Notes under the pieces: model-generated
Told to the model about the DNA's origin: nothing
The model's database searches: none
Seen by the model: only the letters and a program-made list of their open reading frames with translations
Assembly: GCA_039811765.1 (NCBI GenBank)
Contig: JBDHZF010000001.1
Coordinates: forward strand, 457 to 64,456
DNA length: 64,000 nucleotides
DNA from: Thermoleophilia bacterium
GTDB lineage: Bacteria; Actinomycetota; Thermoleophilia; Gaiellales; SKUG01
Reading direction: 5' to 3'
Shown: positions 1-9,227 of the stretch, piece by piece
Layout of the letters: the number at the start of each line of letters is the position of its first letter
Position numbering within the stretch: position 1 is the first letter of the stretch
Position numbers and translations under genes: made by a program

Positions 1-162
1 GATCCGGCGCTGGCGCGGACCGCGTCGATCGCGGCCGCGATCGGCATCGTTGTGTTGCCCGCGGCGTGGCTGCTCGATGGGTCGCGGCCTGGCCCGTGGC
101 TCGCGTTCGTGGTCGTCCAGGCAGCCGCCGCGGCATGGGGTGCGTGGAATCGCGCCAGCTGA
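1..162 (+). CDS. 3' end of a CDS truncated by the window edge (hydrophobic C-terminus of a membrane protein)
   Basis: Frame +1 is open from base 1 to TGA at 160-162. It translates to DPALARTASIAAAIGIVVLPAAWLLDGSRPGPWLAFVVVQAAAAAWGAWNRAS with G/C-dominated third positions. It has no in-window start, so it is absent from the ORF track. Confidence 0.35.
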   Translation, partial: DPALARTASIAAAIGIVVLPAAWLLDGSRPGPWLAFVVVQAAAAAWGAWNRAS

Positions 163-264
163 CTCACGCGGGGCCGCCCGAAGGCGGCCCCGTGGTGCGT
201 GAGTCCCACCCGCGCGTCTCGTCCGTCGCATCGGGTGTCCCGGGGGGTGTGCTCGATGAAATAG

Positions 265-1200
265 TCAGCCCGGAAGCGACGGCGGCAGCTCGCTCGAGCT
301 CGGCACGGGCGGCGCCTCTGGAAGCGTCTCGCTCGTGGGTGGAGTCCCGGGCGGAACTGGCACGTTGACCGGTGGCGCTTCGGGCGTCTCGACCTTGCCT
401 TTTCCTTTCGGCGCCGGCGTTGCGCATTGCTCGGTCTTGGACGGCGGCGTCGACTTCGACGGCGTCTTGGATGGCGCGTGATGCTTGGTCGACGAGGTCG
501 ACTTCGGCGTGTACTTGAAGTTCGGAACCTTGAGATCCTTCGCGGGGATCTTCAGCACCTGCCCGACGTTGATCCGATCGGGATGCTTGATCTGACCACG
601 GTTGGCCCAGTACATCTGTTGCCACGTGCGCCCATACTTCTTCGCGATGACCGAGAGGTTCTCGCCCTTCGCCACCGTGTGCGTCTTCGGCGTCTTCTTT
701 GGCTTGTCGACCTTGGTCGGGGCCTCGCACTGCGCCGGGTCGGTTCCCTTGCCGGGCGGCGTGCCCTTGACCGGCGGCTCGCCCTTGGTGGGTGGCTCGC
801 CTTTCATCGGCGGCATTCCCTGAGGTGGCGTCTCGCACTGCGGCAAGGATGGCGGCGGCACGTTCGACGGCGGGCATCCAATCCACGCCCAACCCTGCTG
901 GACCTGCGTCGCCCCCGTCTGTGCGGGGAGGTACTGCTTGACGAAGCTGGGGATTCCGGTCGACGGATCCGAGCCCGGCGCGCCGCCGCCAGTGACGCTC
1001 GTGCCGAGCACCGAGGTCAGCGCTTGATCGACGATCGATGGCGACGAGGCAGTCTCCGCCGTGGTCGAAGTCGTGCTGGTGGTCGTCGTCGGATTGGAAC
1101 CGGCGACCTGCGAGCCGCCGCCCGCGACGACCGGCAATCCGGACGGCTGGGCTCCAACGCTCGGAACGGTCACGCTGCCGCTCGTTACGGAACTCGTCAT
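265..1200 (-). CDS. LysM peptidoglycan-binding domain protein, Pro/Thr/Lys-rich
   Basis: Track ORF of 311 aa. It has a canonical LysM motif (HTVAKGENLSVIAKKYGRTWQQMYWANRGQIKHPDRINVGQVLKIP) flanked by low-complexity P/T/K linkers. No obvious signal peptide. Confidence 0.8.
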   Translation of the reverse strand: MTSSVTSGSVTVPSVGAQPSGLPVVAGGGSQVAGSNPTTTTSTTSTTAETASSPSIVDQALTSVLGTSVTGGGAPGSDPSTGIPSFVKQYLPAQTGATQVQQGWAWIGCPPSNVPPPSLPQCETPPQGMPPMKGEPPTKGEPPVKGTPPGKGTDPAQCEAPTKVDKPKKTPKTHTVAKGENLSVIAKKYGRTWQQMYWANRGQIKHPDRINVGQVLKIPAKDLKVPNFKYTPKSTSSTKHHAPSKTPSKSTPPSKTEQCATPAPKGKGKVETPEAPPVNVPVPPGTPPTSETLPEAPPVPSSSELPPSLPG

Positions 1201-1324
1201 CGAATGCTTCCCCCTCGACCTGCTTGCGATGCCTCCGACTCGAGCCCATCCCCTGGGGCACGATCGTGCATCTCAATCGTCTGCTTGTCGCGAATCTCGC
1301 CGAACTCGTTTCACACCCCCGAGC

Positions 1325-1367
1325 TTGGTCATCCAGCGTCACGAATTCCGACACGCTGGATGACCAA
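1325..1367. promoter_or_regulatory. Perfect inverted repeat (15-bp arms, 13-nt spacer); hairpin or operator candidate upstream of the LysM gene
   Basis: TTGGTCATCCAGCGT (1325-1339) is the exact reverse complement of ACGCTGGATGACCAA (1353-1367). Confidence 0.35.
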
Positions 1368-1396
1368 CCCTTGGGGATGGGACGAGAATTACGAAC

Positions 1397-1428
1397 GGGG
1401 CCGGAATCCCACGTGGGATTCCGACCCC
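1397..1428 (-). terminator. Candidate factor-independent terminator or palindrome downstream of the REC/61-aa-ORF unit
   Basis: 22-bp perfect palindrome CGGAATCCCACGTGGGATTCCG (1402-1423), extendable to 32 bp (GGGGC...ACCCC) with one mismatch. It lies about 120 nt after the minus-strand stop at 1550. No clear U-tract. Confidence 0.35.
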
Positions 1429-1549
1429 GCCACACCACCACGTGTGACCGTGATCTCACGGCCGTGACACCGCCGGCGGCTCATGCGACCGAGGTCGCTG
1501 GTGAACGTCGCCAGGCGGCTCGAGTCCAGCCACGGACAGCAAGCCGAGC

Positions 1550-1735
1550 TTACGCGGACTGAAGCTCGTAGAGGTAGCCGTCGCGCCCCTCCACGATGTC
1601 CACGAGATGCGTCGCCTCACGAGCGGCGTCGACACAGTCGAACATCTCGCTCTCCTTCTGCAGAAGAAGCGCTTCCCGTCGAAGCCAGCGCTGCATGCGT
1701 CGGCGTCGGTAGTGCAGTGCGAGTGATCGAGCCAT
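1550..1735 (-). CDS. Small hypothetical protein (61 aa)
   Basis: Track ORF located 93 nt downstream of the REC gene on the same strand. Third-position G/C is high in the C-terminal half and weaker at the N-terminus. TAA stop. No recognisable motif. Confidence 0.4.
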   Translation of the reverse strand: MARSLALHYRRRRMQRWLRREALLLQKESEMFDCVDAAREATHLVDIVEGRDGYLYELQSA

Positions 1736-1828
1736 GTCGGATTCCGTTCGTCAGGTGGCCTGTTGCCTGCCTGTCGGATCGACGACCCGCGCGCGTTTCA
1801 CGCTGGCCACTGGTTGGCCCGAACCAGC

Positions 1829-2395
1829 TCAGCCAGCTTTCGAACGCTCGATCAATCGGCGGCTCGTGACGACCATCTCGCGGATGTCGAATGGCTTGGC
1901 GATGAACGCGTCCGCGCCGAGCTCGCGCGCCCGATCCTCCACGCGCGGTCCCAGCGCGCTCATCGCGAGCACAGGCACCTTCACGCCGAATTGCCCGAGG
2001 TACTTCATCACCTGGAAGCCATCGATCCCCGGCATCATGATGTCGAGCAACACCAGCGCGGGCGGTGACTGGTCGAGCGCGTCCAACCCGAGCAGGCCGC
2101 TTTCTGCTTCCGCCACTTCGAAGCCCACCGCGCCGAACGCCTCGCGAAGCACGTAGCGAATCGACGGATCGTCGTCGATCACGAGCACGGCGGGACGCGA
2201 CGTCGGCATCACCATTCGCGCGAGCTTGTGCACCTCGCTCGCTCGAAATCGGCGATGGCCCCCCGCGGTTCGCTGTTCCGTCAGCCGCCCGTCGGCGGCC
2301 CAGTTGCGAACGGTCGTGGCGCTGACGCGCAAGATCTGCGCAGCCTCGTTCACCGTGAGGAATTCGTCATGCGAGTTCGACATGTGCTCTGCCAC
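1829..2395 (-). CDS. Response regulator with reversed architecture: N-terminal MerR/excisionase-type HTH plus C-terminal receiver domain
   Basis: The N-terminus LTVNEAAQILRVSATTVRNWAADGRL...GGHRRF looks like an HTH_17-type domain. The C-terminal REC has the acidic pocket VLVIDDD, phospho-acceptor LLDIMMPG, AMSA and the AKPF lysine. Confidence 0.85.
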   Translation of the reverse strand: MAEHMSNSHDEFLTVNEAAQILRVSATTVRNWAADGRLTEQRTAGGHRRFRASEVHKLARMVMPTSRPAVLVIDDDPSIRYVLREAFGAVGFEVAEAESGLLGLDALDQSPPALVLLDIMMPGIDGFQVMKYLGQFGVKVPVLAMSALGPRVEDRARELGADAFIAKPFDIREMVVTSRRLIERSKAG

Positions 2396-2463
2396 CTACC
2401 CTCGAATCGCATTGCCTGAACGCGCCTCCACGAAGCCAATTTTGCGGATTTGCAATTTTGCTC

Positions 2464-2491
2464 TAAAGGTGTTTGCTCCCACCGCCGATGG
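2464..2491 (+). promoter_or_regulatory. Sigma-28 (FliA/SigD)-type promoter of flagellin 1
   Basis: TAAA (2464-2467), 16-nt spacer, GCCGATGG (2484-2491), compared with the consensus TAAA-N15-GCCGATAA. It is preceded by three tandem AT-rich 8-mers (AATTTTGC GGATTTGC AATTTTGC) at 2438-2461. Confidence 0.6.
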
Positions 2492-2571
2492 AGGGCGTGG
2501 CGACAGGACGTCGTCGCAAGATCCCCGGTGGATTTCGGGGGAACCACCATACGTCACGGAGGACGATTACC

Positions 2572-3411
2572 ATGGGTCTTCGGATCAACACGAACGTCGA
2601 GGCGTTCAACTCGCACCGCACCTTGGCCAGCACCTCGAACGCGATGGCCAAGTCGATGGAGAAGCTCAGCTCGGGCTTCCGCATCAACACCGCGGCAGAC
2701 GACGCCGCCGGGCTCGGCATCAGCGAGCGCATGCGCGGCCAGATCCGCGGCGTGGCGCAGGCTCAGCGCAACGCGCAGGACGGCATCAGCCTCGTGCAGA
2801 CCGCGGAAGGGTCGATGCAGGAGCTGCAAGACATCCTGCACCGCGTTCGCGAACTCGCGGTTCAGTACCAAAACGGCACGAACGACGCGAACGCCCACAT
2901 GGCCATCACCACCGAGGTCGCGCAGCTCAGCGCCGAGCTCGGCCGCATGATCACCGGCGCCAACTTCAACGGCATCCAGCTGCTGAACACGGCCACTCCC
3001 GTCACACTGCAGGTTGGCGCCAACCAGACCGCGAGCGACTCGCTTTCGTTCAACACCGTCGACCTCACCACGATCACGGCGACCGCGTCGAGCAACGACC
3101 TCACCACGACGATGACGAACTTCGACAGCGGCACGATGACCACGGTCCTCGCGGACATCGACGACTTCGTCAACCAGATCTCCAATGCGCGCGCTGGCTA
3201 TGGAGCGATCCAGAACCGCCTCGAGTACACGATCAACGCGCTCGGCATCTACCAGGAGAACCTGATGGCAGCCGAGAGCCGCATCCGCGACGTCGACATG
3301 GCGGCGGAAATGACCAACTACACAAAGCTGCAGATTCTGCAGCAGAGCGGCACCGCGATGCTCGCGCAGGCCAACCAGGCCACCTCGAGCGTGCTCTCGC
3401 TGCTGAAGTAG
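2572..3411 (+). CDS. fliC: Flagellin (short, about 279 aa)
   Basis: Start ATG 2572 (MGLRINTNVEAFNSH...) with GGAGGA at 2558-2563; the track ORF from 2473 is over-extended at the 5' end. The conserved flagellin N-terminus (D0/D1 region) and C-terminus (LQILQQSGTAMLAQANQ..SVLSLLK) are present. Confidence 0.95.
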   Translation: MGLRINTNVEAFNSHRTLASTSNAMAKSMEKLSSGFRINTAADDAAGLGISERMRGQIRGVAQAQRNAQDGISLVQTAEGSMQELQDILHRVRELAVQYQNGTNDANAHMAITTEVAQLSAELGRMITGANFNGIQLLNTATPVTLQVGANQTASDSLSFNTVDLTTITATASSNDLTTTMTNFDSGTMTTVLADIDDFVNQISNARAGYGAIQNRLEYTINALGIYQENLMAAESRIRDVDMAAEMTNYTKLQILQQSGTAMLAQANQATSSVLSLLK

Positions 3412-3439
3412 TCCTCGCGAACGGCACCACCTCAGGGAC

Positions 3440-3486
3440 GAGGGGGCGACGCGGCATCGGGCCGCGGCGCCCCCTCGGTGTTTTTT
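3440..3486 (+). terminator. Rho-independent terminator after flagellin 1
   Basis: GAGGGGGCG (3440-3448) pairs with CGCCCCCTC (3468-3476) and is followed by GGTG plus a T6 run (3481-3486). Confidence 0.8.
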
Positions 3487-3514
3487 GCAATCTCGTCATC
3501 GTGCTAGCGCCGCT

Positions 3515-3542
3515 TCAAGGGGCGTTCCAACGTGGTCGATGC
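3515..3542 (+). promoter_or_regulatory. Weaker sigma-28-type promoter of flagellin 2
   Basis: TCAA (3515-3518), 16-nt spacer, GTCGATGC (3535-3542). The spacing is the same as in the flagellin-1 promoter, and the leader shares GTCACGGAGGAC with flagellin 1 (3586-3597 vs 2553-2564). Confidence 0.4.
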
Positions 3543-3603
3543 GCTTGGTGTCGAGTGACAGGAAGTTGCTCGAGCCACGTCCAGCGTCACGGAGGACCAC
3601 GTC

Positions 3604-4446
3604 ATGGGTCTGCGCATCAACACGAACGTCGAGGCGTTCAACTCGCATCGCAACCTCACGAACACGAGCGGCGCGCTCGCGAAGTCGATGGAGAAGCTCA
3701 GCTCGGGCTTCCGCATCAACACCGCGGCAGACGACGCCGCCGGACTCGGCATCAGCGAGCGCATGCGCGGCCAGATCCGCGGCGTCGCCCAAGCGCAACG
3801 AAACGCCCAGGACGGCATCAGCCTCGTGCAGACCGCGGAAGGCTCGATGCAGGAATTGCAGGAGATCCTGCACCGCATCCGCGAACTCGCCGTGCAATAC
3901 CAGAACGGCACGAACGACACGAACGCGCGACTGGCGATCACCACCGAGGTCGCACAGCTCAGCGCCGAGCTCGGACGCATGATCTCCGGCGCGAACTTCA
4001 ACGGCATCCAGCTGCTCAACAACGCAGGCACGATCACGCTGCAGGTCGGACCGAACCAGACCGCGAGCGACTCGCTCACGTTCAACATGGTGAACCTGCC
4101 GGCGTTCCTGACGCCCACCAACGGGGTGGACCTGGCAACCGTGATGGGCAACTTCAACACCGGCACGATGGCCACGGTGCTGCAGGACGTGGACGAGATC
4201 GTCACCGAGATCTCCACTCAGCGCGCGAACATGGGTGCGATCCAGAACCGCCTCGAACACACGGTGAGCGCGCTCGGCATCTACCAGGAGAACCTGATGT
4301 CCGCCGAGAGCCGCATCCGCGACGTCGACATGGCGCAAGAGATGACGAACTACACGAAGCTGCAGATCCTGCAGCAGAGCGGCACCGCGATGCTCGCGCA
4401 AGCCAACCAGTCCACGTCGAGCGTGCTGTCGCTCCTGCAGAACTAG
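3604..4446 (+). CDS. fliC: Flagellin paralog (280 aa)
   Basis: Track ORF. MGLRINTNVEAFNSH... and ...LQILQQSGTAMLAQANQSTSSVLSLLQN match the conserved termini. The central region diverges from flagellin 1. Confidence 0.95.
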   Translation: MGLRINTNVEAFNSHRNLTNTSGALAKSMEKLSSGFRINTAADDAAGLGISERMRGQIRGVAQAQRNAQDGISLVQTAEGSMQELQEILHRIRELAVQYQNGTNDTNARLAITTEVAQLSAELGRMISGANFNGIQLLNNAGTITLQVGPNQTASDSLTFNMVNLPAFLTPTNGVDLATVMGNFNTGTMATVLQDVDEIVTEISTQRANMGAIQNRLEHTVSALGIYQENLMSAESRIRDVDMAQEMTNYTKLQILQQSGTAMLAQANQSTSSVLSLLQN

Positions 4447-4459
4447 CGCTGACGATCCA

Positions 4460-6169
4460 TCAAAGCACGATGCCGGTCGCCTCGCGCCGCGGATCTCCCG
4501 CGGCGTAGGGGCGACCGTTTCGTAGCGCGGTGCCGTTGGTGGTGCCGAAGAACGGATCGCGTTCGGTCCACCGCACGACGTCGACTTCCTGCGCGAGCTG
4601 GGCGAGGACCTCATCGTCGATGCCCGGCTCAGCGTGCAACGACGCTCCGTCCCACGCGAACCGGGGCGCTCGGATCGCTTCCTCGATCGGGGTACCGCGC
4701 CACATGCGCTCGAGGATCTGCGCGAGGGCGTGGGGAATGCGATCGCTGCCCGCCGATCCGAGCTGCACGAGCGTGCGAGGACTCGTGAGCATCGTCGGCG
4801 TCATCATGCTCGGCACGGTCGAGCCCGCGATCCTCGGAATCGTGTGGTCGTACTCCGCGAGCATGTTGTTGAGCTGGATGCCGGTGCCCGGTATGAACTC
4901 GCCGGCGCCGTATCCAACGGTCGTGGTTGCGCCGGCGATGAGGCCGTCTCCGTCGATCGCGGACACGTGCGTGGTGTTCGGCGATCGCGACATGCCGCGA
5001 TCATGCAGCGCGTCCTCCACCGCGTCGTGCAGGGGGCCCGACGACGCGACATCGAGATGCGCGGGAGTCACGGCCTCGCCGTGGGCTGGCGGGCGCGTGC
5101 GCGGCGGATTCAGCTGCCGCATCACCGACACGAGCGCGCGACCCACGAGCAAGTCGCGGTGGGCGCGGCGCGGCGCATCGACGAGCTGGGCGTCGCGCAT
5201 CGCTTCGAGCATCGTTTGCAGCAGCCGAACGGTTATGCCGCCACCCATCGACGGCTCGGGATTCGCGTACATGCACACGTCGCCAACGCAGAGCATGTCC
5301 GGCACGCGCTCGTGCACTTCATAGCGAGCGAGGTCGGTGCGCGAGATGCGCGCGCCTCGAGCGTCGCTCCAAGCGATCAACGCGTCCGCGATCGCGCCGT
5401 CATGCAACGAACGGCCATTCGTCGCGGCCAGCTCCTCGATCGCCGCGGCAAGCGCCGGCTGGCGAAACAGCTCGCCCTCGTCGCGCACGCGATCGCCGAC
5501 GAACCAGATCTCCGCGCCGTGGGGATCGCGGGCCACGAGCGGGGCGTTCGCAACGTGCTCGCCCGCTTGCGTGCGCGTGAGCGGCACGCCTTCGCGCGCG
5601 AGTCGCACACTGGGCGCGAGCGTCTCGGAAAACGGCAGTCGCCCGAAGCGGCTCGACGCATGCGCCATGCCCAGCGGCACGCCGGGTACGGCGACGGATG
5701 CTGGACCAGTGCCGTAGCGAAGCACGGTGCCGTCCAACTCGAGCGCATGCACTTCCCATGGCGCGAGGTCGGCTCGCGCCTCGAGGCCCGGCTGGCGAAC
5801 GAAATAGTCGACGAGCGTGGGATCGAGCTGCTCGGCGCCGCCGCCGACGATCATGAAACCGCCACCGCCCAGCGAGCTGAGCGTGGGCTCGCACACGCAG
5901 CCCGCGACCACCATCGCCACGACCGCGTCGACCGCATTTCCGCCTGCTTCGAGGACGTCGGCGCCGACACGCGCCACGGCTTCGTGCCCGGCCGCGACGG
6001 CGCCCGTGTGCACGGATCGGCGGCTCGTCGTGGTCGGCACGTGAAAACTCCCGGGATCGCGTTGCCCGCCCCACCCCGCGAGCCTGTCTTGAATCGATCG
6101 TATGGTAGCATCGGCCCGTTGCAGGAGGCGTCGCCGAATCCGTTCGCGAGCCGTCTCCGTCACCCCCAT
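4460..6169 (-). CDS. ggt: Gamma-glutamyltransferase family protein (no signal peptide)
   Basis: It has the autoprocessing/nucleophile motif NTTHVSAIDGDG, plus GGGGFM and GYGAGEFIPGTGIQLNN. The start is uncertain (ATG 6169 or in-frame GTG 6013). Confidence 0.85.
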   Translation of the reverse strand: MGVTETARERIRRRLLQRADATIRSIQDRLAGWGGQRDPGSFHVPTTTSRRSVHTGAVAAGHEAVARVGADVLEAGGNAVDAVVAMVVAGCVCEPTLSSLGGGGFMIVGGGAEQLDPTLVDYFVRQPGLEARADLAPWEVHALELDGTVLRYGTGPASVAVPGVPLGMAHASSRFGRLPFSETLAPSVRLAREGVPLTRTQAGEHVANAPLVARDPHGAEIWFVGDRVRDEGELFRQPALAAAIEELAATNGRSLHDGAIADALIAWSDARGARISRTDLARYEVHERVPDMLCVGDVCMYANPEPSMGGGITVRLLQTMLEAMRDAQLVDAPRRAHRDLLVGRALVSVMRQLNPPRTRPPAHGEAVTPAHLDVASSGPLHDAVEDALHDRGMSRSPNTTHVSAIDGDGLIAGATTTVGYGAGEFIPGTGIQLNNMLAEYDHTIPRIAGSTVPSMMTPTMLTSPRTLVQLGSAGSDRIPHALAQILERMWRGTPIEEAIRAPRFAWDGASLHAEPGIDDEVLAQLAQEVDVVRWTERDPFFGTTNGTALRNGRPYAAGDPRREATGIVL

Positions 6170-6223
6170 TCGCGCTGCATCGAGCCCCTGATGTCAGTCG
6201 CACGCACGGAAAGGTTGCTGCCC

Positions 6224-7411
<1,188 letters not shown>

Positions 7412-7414
7412 CGC

Positions 7415-8230
7415 TTGTTCCTGCCGCTGCGTGATGCACTGCGGATCCGGCGCGTGCCGATCGTCACGATCGCGCTCGTCGCGCTCAACGTGCTGATTTG
7501 GCTGCTCGGGCTGTTTCCAGCCGATCGCCAGGTCGAAGGATCGACCCGGACCATTTCGCGGCACGACGTGTGGCAGGTCGAGTACGGCGCGATCCCCTGC
7601 GAGATCAGCGGCAACTGCGCGAACCAGGACGCCGTGGTGGTGGTGGACGGCGGCATGCTCGACCCTCGCCCGCTCAGGCTCGCGGCCGAGGTGGACCAGC
7701 ACGCGCCCGCGCTCACGCTCGTGACGAGCATGTTCCTGCATGGCGGTTGGCTGCACCTGATCTTCAACATGTTGTTCTTGTGGGTGTACGGCCGGGTCGT
7801 GGAAGACGCGATGCACCCGCTGTCGTTCCTCGGGTTCTACCTCGCCGCGGGAATGATCGCGGGCATCGCCCAAGTCGCGGTGGCGCCATCGGCGACCGAA
7901 CCCACGATCGGCGCGAGCGGCGCGATCGCTGCCGTCATCGGCGCGTACGTGGTGTTGTATCCGCGGGCGCGGATCCTCACCATGGTGATACCGCCGATAT
8001 TCCTGTGGCTCCCTGCGTGGGCGGTCGCGGGCGGCTGGGCCCTGTTGCAGTTCGTCGGAACGTGGCGTAGCGTCTTCACCCCTGCCGCGCTGGTGGGCAG
8101 CGTCGCCTACATGTCGCACGTGGTGGGACTGCTGGTGGGAATCGCGGCGGTTGGATTCCTCGCGGACCGACGCAACCCGGACTACCCCGCGATGCTCGCC
8201 GAGCGCGACGGCGACGTCAGGAGAGCTTGA
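7415..8230 (+). CDS. Rhomboid family intramembrane serine protease
   Basis: TTG start, giving the N-terminus M-FLPLRD typical of the family. Motifs present: HGGWLHLIFNMLFLW and the catalytic GASGAIAAVIGAY. Confidence 0.85.
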   Translation: MFLPLRDALRIRRVPIVTIALVALNVLIWLLGLFPADRQVEGSTRTISRHDVWQVEYGAIPCEISGNCANQDAVVVVDGGMLDPRPLRLAAEVDQHAPALTLVTSMFLHGGWLHLIFNMLFLWVYGRVVEDAMHPLSFLGFYLAAGMIAGIAQVAVAPSATEPTIGASGAIAAVIGAYVVLYPRARILTMVIPPIFLWLPAWAVAGGWALLQFVGTWRSVFTPAALVGSVAYMSHVVGLLVGIAAVGFLADRRNPDYPAMLAERDGDVRRA

Positions 8231-9092
8231 GTCCGCTGATCGACCAGCCGGCGTTCTTTCGACGACGCTCCATCGGCAGCGTCGCAGGGTCGCCGCCCGT
8301 GCCGGTCTCGTGAACGCTCGCGCGGCCCGCTCCGAGATCGAGCTTCACCGTGAACTCGTACCACGCGATATCCCACGACAGCGTCACCCGCACGCGTCGC
8401 GGAATGCCAGGCCCCTCGTCGTGAACGTTGACGATCGGATCGCCGAGCGTGCGCGCGATGCGGGCCATGCGTTCGAGATCGCGGGACTGGTTGAACGCCG
8501 CGAGCGCGTGACCGCTCATCCGCATCGGGCTGCACTCGTCGATGCGCGCACGCTGCAGCATCTCGATCCGTCGATCCCGATCGGCCACCTCGCCGCGCAG
8601 TTCACGAAGCTGCGTCTGCTGACGTTCGGCGATCCGCTGCTCCTCGGCTCGGCGCGCGGGGTGCAGCTCGCGCCGCATATGCTCCAGCTCGAGTTCCTGA
8701 CGTCGGATTCGGTCGTGCAACGCCCGCGTGGCCGAATCCTCGGACGGCGCGGATCGAGCGTCGAGCCCAATCGCGCGTTCGAGGATCGCCGCCTGTGGCG
8801 CGAGCAACGCTGGCTGCGGCTCCGGCGCAAGCGCGAGCGGCGTGGACGGTCCGTCGCCGCTGCGCACGTGCTCCACGCGCAGGCGCGCGCTGCCCCGCCT
8901 GCGAATCGGATCGCCAGCGTGCGTCCAACCGCGCGCCATCGCGCTCTCGCGACACAACCCGCACACGGGCGCGCAGCGATCGCTGCGCGGGTCGAGGAAC
9001 GGCGTGAGCGGCTCGCCAACGAGCACGCTTCGACGGCAGATCGCGCAGTCCGTGGCGGTTCGCGAAATCGTTGCGCGCGACTCGTCCGACAT
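8217..9092 (-). CDS. Hypothetical protein: N-terminal CxxC...CxxC zinc-ribbon-like motif plus a central coiled coil
   Basis: In-frame ATG at 9092 (MSDESRATISRTATDCAICRR...CAPVCGLC). There is a Glu/Arg-rich heptad-like stretch (RRQELELEHMRRELH...). The upstream part of the 552-aa track ORF looks non-coding. Confidence 0.6.
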   Translation of the reverse strand: MSDESRATISRTATDCAICRRSVLVGEPLTPFLDPRSDRCAPVCGLCRESAMARGWTHAGDPIRRRGSARLRVEHVRSGDGPSTPLALAPEPQPALLAPQAAILERAIGLDARSAPSEDSATRALHDRIRRQELELEHMRRELHPARRAEEQRIAERQQTQLRELRGEVADRDRRIEMLQRARIDECSPMRMSGHALAAFNQSRDLERMARIARTLGDPIVNVHDEGPGIPRRVRVTLSWDIAWYEFTVKLDLGAGRASVHETGTGGDPATLPMERRRKNAGWSISGLKLS

Positions 9093-9227
9093 GTGGTGGA
9101 TCCCCCTTCCTTTGCGTGCTCGGCAACCTCGTCGCGGTCGCAGCTGCGACCGTCGTGAGGATCGTATCCGGGCCGATGAATCGATGCGGCAGTTGCCGAA
9201 TCCTCGCCACAGCTGGCGGGTGGTGGC

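Noticed and set aside
164-1459. A 431-aa minus-strand ORF, plus 427..1467 on the plus strand, overlapping the LysM gene.
   Set aside because: The translations are Arg/Ala/Gly-rich and lack motifs. These are the usual alternative-frame and antisense shadows of a high-GC gene. The LysM frame carries a real domain.
2226-4508. A 760-aa plus-strand ORF spanning both flagellin genes in another frame.
   Set aside because: It crosses a strong terminator and two promoters, and its translation is low-complexity R/H/P/G. Both flagellin frames are unambiguous.
4634-6190. The 5' 500 codons of the 925-aa track ORF, an apparent giant N-terminal extension of the amino-acid dehydrogenase.
   Set aside because: This part is antisense to ggt and has no motifs. 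The dehydrogenase homology begins at MSTITPT (ATG 6224), which has its own SD.
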